Assembly (NCBI GenBank): GCA_037379345.1
Contig: CM074515.1
Location: 1,736,001 to 1,800,000, forward strand
Origin: Perna viridis
Taxonomy: Eukaryota
Reading direction: 5' to 3'
DNA length: 64,000 nt
Shown: positions 39,636-64,000 of the stretch, piece by piece
Position numbering within the stretch: the stretch's first letter is position 1
Layout: every line of letters starts with the position of its first letter
Position numbers and translations under genes: made by a program
The notes under the pieces: generated by a model
Database searches by the model: none
Told to the model about the DNA's origin: nothing
Seen by the model: only the letters and a program-made list of their open reading frames with translations

Positions 39636-39949
39636 AGCCACCTTTTTGTTAAGAACAAGTTGGTACATGTAAAACATCACAACACAAACTCTGACGAGCT
39701 GTTAAATGGACGTACATAACAGAAACAATAATACACATACCGTAAGACACACAAGACATACACATTAAATACATATAAAATAACAAAGCAAGCAACAACT
39801 CAAGAGATAGATCATACATGGCTATGTCACACTATTTCTGCCTCTCAATTACGTGCATTCAAACTCTAAAATTGATTTGTATTTTCATGAATTTTCATTA
39901 TGCATGGATGGTTTTTACCGATGGGATCATTGTTTCCGATGTCTTTTGC

Positions 39950-42140
39950 TACATTTATGAAAAATAAATGAACTAATGCTAAAAATAAAACAGCTAGCAA
40001 TAATCATAAACAAATTATTTTATTGATGATCAGATAGCACTGTAGCAAGCAATATATAACAAGAACATAAAATTAACCAGTTTAACAAAAGTATAAGGTT
40101 ATGTGCATGCGGCGCATTTGCACCAGCTGCCATTCCATGCATTAATGAGACTTTTAGACTGATTGAAAGAATCTGGGTTCTAAAATGGTTTGGCAGCTCG
40201 TTCCTTAGCTTGGCTGCAGTATACCTGAATGATTTTATGCCATATGTGGTTGTTCTTACTGATAGAACTGCAACTAAATTTTGGTACCTAAAAGAATATT
40301 TGGTGTTTTTAATATCTATTAAGTATATGCAAGTATGATGGACTTCTTTTGTGTATGATATTAAATACTTCAATTACCATAGATCTTATACGTCTGATTT
40401 CTAATGTTGGCATTTTAAATGTTCATAGTTATATTGATGATCATCATAAGTAAATCTGAGTGCCCGCTCTTGGATTGTTTAAAATTTTGTTTGTGTTGTT
40501 TTTGCTACAGAAGTGTCAACTAAGTGGAAAAACAGTTCAAGTTTGATAGTATGTAAGAATGGTATTTATGGTAAGTTTGCCCAATCTGTTTAGGTATTTT
40601 CCAATTCTTTTGAGTATATTTAGTTGTTTATATGCCTTTTTGCAAATATTTGAGATGTGACTTGAATTTCAGTTTAAAAACCAGGTAGTTTTACTTCATT
40701 TTCAAAATTGATGGCATTTCCAGCCAATTTAAAACATATATTTTTATCCCTTGTTTTTTTCCAACCGCCAAAACCTAAAACCTTTCTTTGATTTCTGGAA
40801 AACAAATCTAAAAGTGCTAAGCTGTCAGATTCTAGATTTTGTATAACCATATCTATGTTGTGATGTGCATAGGATAGGATGTTGTCTTCTGCATAATTGT
40901 ATAGAGTGCTATTTTTCGTGAAGTAGAAATTAAGATGTCGTTGATGAAGATGTTGAAAAGTACAGGAATTGAACCCTGTGAAACTCCTTTATAAATGTTT
41001 TGCCATTCACTCAGTGCTGTACCATGTTTTACTGATTGCTGCCTGCCAGAAAGGTAGTTTTTTATGAGTTTGAGTGCATTTTCAGACAATCCATAGGCTT
41101 TTAATTTCCGAAGTAAAGGTTACTCTGGTAAAGGTAATCAAGGGAACCAAGGTTATAGCGGTAATCAAAAGAATGTAATCCAGGGACGAAGACCAGACAT
41201 GGAAAACAGACATACACAACAAAGAACATAAAGTAACTAAAATCATACATACAAAGTAATAAAAGTAAATGAGCAACTCGGACTCCACTAAAAACTGGGA
41301 GCGTCGACCAGGTGCACCGGTAGGGTAAGTGTCCTCTGCTTTTCTAGAAACACCCGCCGAGTTGCTCATAAAAAGTCAAGTCCGGGGTAGACAAACGAGG
41401 AAAGGAAAACTATGACCCGTTGAATAAATCAGTTTTCATGGTGCAGATGGATACACCATAACGATCCACGAGTTCATGATGACGACCATAAAACTTCTAT
41501 AGTGATGACTTCAATCTTGTAGCAACATAACCCTGTTCCAGAAGCCTGTTTGTTAGAGTTCTAGCGCGATACAAAAAGTCTACGTAGTTTCGGCAAGCTC
41601 TGGCATAACGTATGAGTTGTGATATGAACACTCCGTACGCAGGAGCCGAAGGGATGTTGCCACAGATGAAAGGAAAGTTGACAATTCTGAATGAAAAGTC
41701 ATCACGTTTGTCGTAAAGTTGTAACAACCAAAAGCTTTACTTAACTCCATTAAAATAGATACAATGTATTTGTTTTTATCTAGAGATTGCTTCCAGTCTT
41801 CAAGAACCTTTTAATAATGTTGTATTACATCCATATCCTGGTCGAAACGCAGATAAATATGGATGGAAATGTAAACTAAAATATTCTACGAGTTGGTTAT
41901 TAATGGCTCTTTCAAAGAATTTTTATATGGTCACAGGCCTATAGTTACTTTTGTCAAGGGTGCTGTTCTTTTTTACGTAATGGTATGACTTGGGCCTGTT
42001 TTAGTTTGTCTGGACATGGAGATTTTTCTAATTCTGTGATAGGTTTTGTAATCATCGGTTTTGCTAGTTTTAATAATTTAACAGACCATCATTGCTTGTA
42101 CCTTTCTTGATATTTATTCTATTTTCTTGCTAACAATTCT
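39950..42140 (-). mobile_element. Second degenerate CR1-group LINE containing a nested Naiad copy
   Basis: VRTTTYGIKSFRYTAAKL, GVSQGSIPVLFNIFIND and SNYRPV fragments on the minus strand. Confidence 0.75.
41128..41722 (-). mobile_element. Naiad-like Penelope element, 5'-truncated, nested in a CR1 RT region
   Basis: [42 protein letters not shown] plus the family 3' UTR; splits the host LINE at its SKAF...KLKAYG motif. Confidence 0.85.
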
Positions 42141-44154
42141 TCTTAAATGTTTTATATTGTAATTCAGATCGGTGTTTGTATTTTCATGAATTTTCATTTT
42201 GCATGGATGATTTTTATGGATGTGATTATTGTTTCCGATGTCTTATGAACAAAGTGTTAGATGTTTTAGTTTGATTATTTTCATTTTCATTTAAGACGTA
42301 AAATTTCTGCCTTTGCGGGTAATAAAAGGTTTTATAGTCGGCCAAAAAATCTCCTGACTTCGGTCCACCTACACATCTTTCATAAAAAAAATATGTTTTA
42401 ACAGAGATCTTTTTTTTATTTTTATCACTAGATTTTTTTGTTTGCGGTATTTTTCCCAATGATGATTTCTTTTACATTTGGTAAATTTGTTATGTAGTCG
42501 TCTCTTTTTGAACACTGCTGTCTTTGTAGAGTGAAGGTATTGTCAAATTTGAGTACAATATGCATGTCAAGCCTTTGTTGACATCATCACTAAAGAAGTT
42601 TTACAGTCGTCATCTCAATTTGAATGAAGGATATTAAGTTTCTGTACTGACAGAAAAAAGACAAGATATCTTCTGGAGATTTCACGTTTTGACAAACCAT
42701 CGAACTTGACTCTTCCCAGATTTTACTCACTTTCAATCTGACGGATACCATTAGCAAAGCAGGATATGTTTACCATAAAAAAGTGATTCAGTAAAGGTTC
42801 CATTTGTTAGTTAATGTTATATGAAACTCATTCAGTCCAAACCTTCAAGCCTAAAACAAAGTTCACAGATGCCATCTAGTATAAGATAATAGCAAAAAGT
42901 AAGAAGAATGTAAAATAAACTCAAGTGGTCATATTTATTATTGCACTTTTCTAGGCTTTCACGTGAATATAATTTATCAATAAAAAGACAACAAAACTAA
43001 CAATGATCCTTCAAAATTGTTCCTTTCTAACATACATAGCACTTGAGGAGCATTAATTCATTAAACAAGACTTCTGTTTGATTTCAACAAAGACAAAATT
43101 CTATTCATCTGGCTACATGGAATGTTGTTTCCCTTGCTCACACACAAGTTTCATATGTACCCATTTACACATTCATATAACAATACAGTTCCCTGTTCAC
43201 ACAGATTAACATAACAATATAGTTCTCTGTTCACAACAGATTAACATACACAATATAGTTCTCTGTTCACACATAATTACACACATACACAATAAAATAT
43301 ATTTCCCTGTTCACACACATTTCATTATACACACTAACACACAAAAACACATAAGAATATGCAATCTATAAATTAGCTTTCTAACTAGTAAATGACATTT
43401 CAGTATTATTTGTAAGATTAATTGAAAGGTTCATGATTCATATCTCAGTAAACAGTCTTCACAAATAACCAAATCATATTTAGATAATAAAATTGAATGG
43501 ACCTCACAGATCATTCATTTGAAATAGGACAAATTTTTTGGGATTGCATTTTAGAAGTTGCTAAATTCAGATGTAGTAGTAAAACCCTTTAATGTTATGT
43601 TAGGGTAATATCTACATCTTACAACATCCGGCAAAATAATCACAGGTACATGTCTTAAAAAAAAACACCCCTATATGAACGTTTGGTATATAAACTATAT
43701 ATGTAGGTGACTTTTTGGAGATAAATGCCAGTGGAAATGTTCATTGATACCTTGAAATGTTATTTAATGGAAAGACTAGGGGTACATCTTACATAATCAG
43801 ATATATTATAATTCTTAGTTTACCCTCCATAATCACAACTAAGTCAAATAATTGACTATAATGGTTTAAAGATCAATATCCTCATTGTAGTAGTGACTTT
43901 CTACAAGGAGATCAATCATAATAGTTTGATATGTAACACCAGAGACAAGAGACTGATGGAACAACATCAGAAATGTTCTTCAGATTATGGATCAACATCA
44001 AAAATGTTCTTCAATTAATGGTATACATTACAGTGTCATTACAATTCTTGGTACAAAATGTCACTATGACTGTTACCATGTACTAACATAACTGTTACTG
44101 GTGACATTCTGACACCACATGTTTATTTATAATAAGGTAGTCGTCTTTACCTCA

Positions 44155-62776
<18,622 letters not shown>

Positions 62777-63599
62777 CTGAAAAATGGTATAGAATGTGTT
62801 GAATCATATTATTAAAGCTAACATATACTGGTATTTGACATTTACTTCTTCAAACCATATGTAAGCTTAAATTTTCTCTTCACACAAAAAAAATACCATT
62901 TTTTTAGAATCTGTCATAAAATGATCTGACATATAGAAGTCTCTTGATAAACAACTATAAGTAAAACATAAACACAATATATTCTCTATAAACAGCTGTC
63001 ATACAATGGACATAGACAGAAATAAATAAAATAAAATTAGCAGTAACAAAGTGATGCTACTGGTAAATATATGTGGAAAAACAAAGGAAACTAACAAATG
63101 ACTATCAATAATATCAAAAATAAAGACAAAACATATATATGAAGTAATATAATACTATTGTGTACAGCTCCATGCAATACTATCAGGTACAGCTCTGTAC
63201 AATACTATCATGTACAGCTTTTCACAACACTTTCATTACAGCTCTGTACAATATTAACTTGTAAACAATAATAACATATGTCTGTACAATACTATCATGT
63301 ACAGCCCATACAATATTATTAGACTATTTAATATTTTTTCAACAAAATGGGCCAGAGAAACTCCCGCAAAATGAAAAAATATTATATAATCTGTTTATTT
63401 TCAGTTTTCCTAACCTAAATATGTAAGTTTTATAAGTGCTGCAAAGTTTCCTATTGGGACTATATTTTTGGCGGAGTGCTATGAGATGCCGCATATGTTG
63501 TGCAGCTATACAATAATTTTCATTCTCACTCGACTGGCATGAGCCTGAAAATTATTGTATGGCAAGATCAAAGGGATTTTAAACAAAATAGCAATAATC

Positions 63600-63900
63600 A
63601 CATGTACAGCTCTACATAACACTATAATTACAGCTATTTACTATTCTATCCAATACATAACAATGATACATGTACAGCTCTATCCAATACATAACAATGA
63701 TACATGTACAGCTCTATCCAATACATAACAATGATACATGTACAGCTCTATCCAATACATAACAATGATACATGTACAGCTCAATACATTGCCAACATGT
63801 ACAGCTCAATACAATTTTAACATTTAGAGCTCTACACAATACCAAAAAGTACAACCCTATTCAATATTAATATGGACAGCCCTGTACAATATGAACAATG
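63600..63900. repeat. 34-bp tandem repeat with degenerate flanking copies
   Basis: acatgtacagctctatccaatacataacaatgat x4; related gtacagct units extend back to about 63160. Confidence 0.8.
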
Positions 63901-64000
63901 CAGGCCTCTATATGTAACAATACAAAACATGTACAAGCATTTAAACATTAATGTTTTAGAGTTGCATCAACATTTTGGCAGCCATTTTGTTACCTAAAGC

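Noticed and set aside
39690-39728. Hammerhead core CTGACGAG...GAAAC
   Set aside because: Stem II consumes the G of GAAA and no stems I/III or cleavage triplet could be placed.
63985-64000. Possible next WDR7 donor (TTAG|gtaaca) at the window edge
   Set aside because: Too little exon sequence is visible to verify.

Overview
AT-rich, intron-containing animal genomic DNA. The repeat families (Naiad and Neptune Penelope-like elements, Helentron-type non-autonomous elements, CR1/L2/RTE LINEs, a tRNA-bearing TRIM) suggest a mollusc, most likely a bivalve (inference). Four host genes were spliced by hand with GT-AG junctions and consistent phases: CIAO2B/FAM96B (minus, 3 exons here, last exon off the left edge); cytochrome b5 (plus, 6 exons, 129 aa, head-to-head with CIAO2B with only 125 bp between the ATGs); a BTB-BACK-Kelch gene (minus, 3 coding exons, 586 aa); and WDR7 (minus, last 18 exons, 5' part off the right edge). 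Introns and the 33.9-42.8 kb intergenic region are full of transposons, including an RTE LINE with an intact 1020-aa ORF. The most unusual pattern is that six of about twelve minisatellite arrays are tandem amplifications of an exon-intron junction itself. They occur in three genes and give each affected exon a stack of 3 to about 29 decoy donor or acceptor sites. Also notable are a Helenus-type TRIM with a tRNA-like Pol III cassette in each LTR, an outward-facing inverted pair of tRNA-like cassettes, and several candidate structured or ribozyme RNAs in retroelements.
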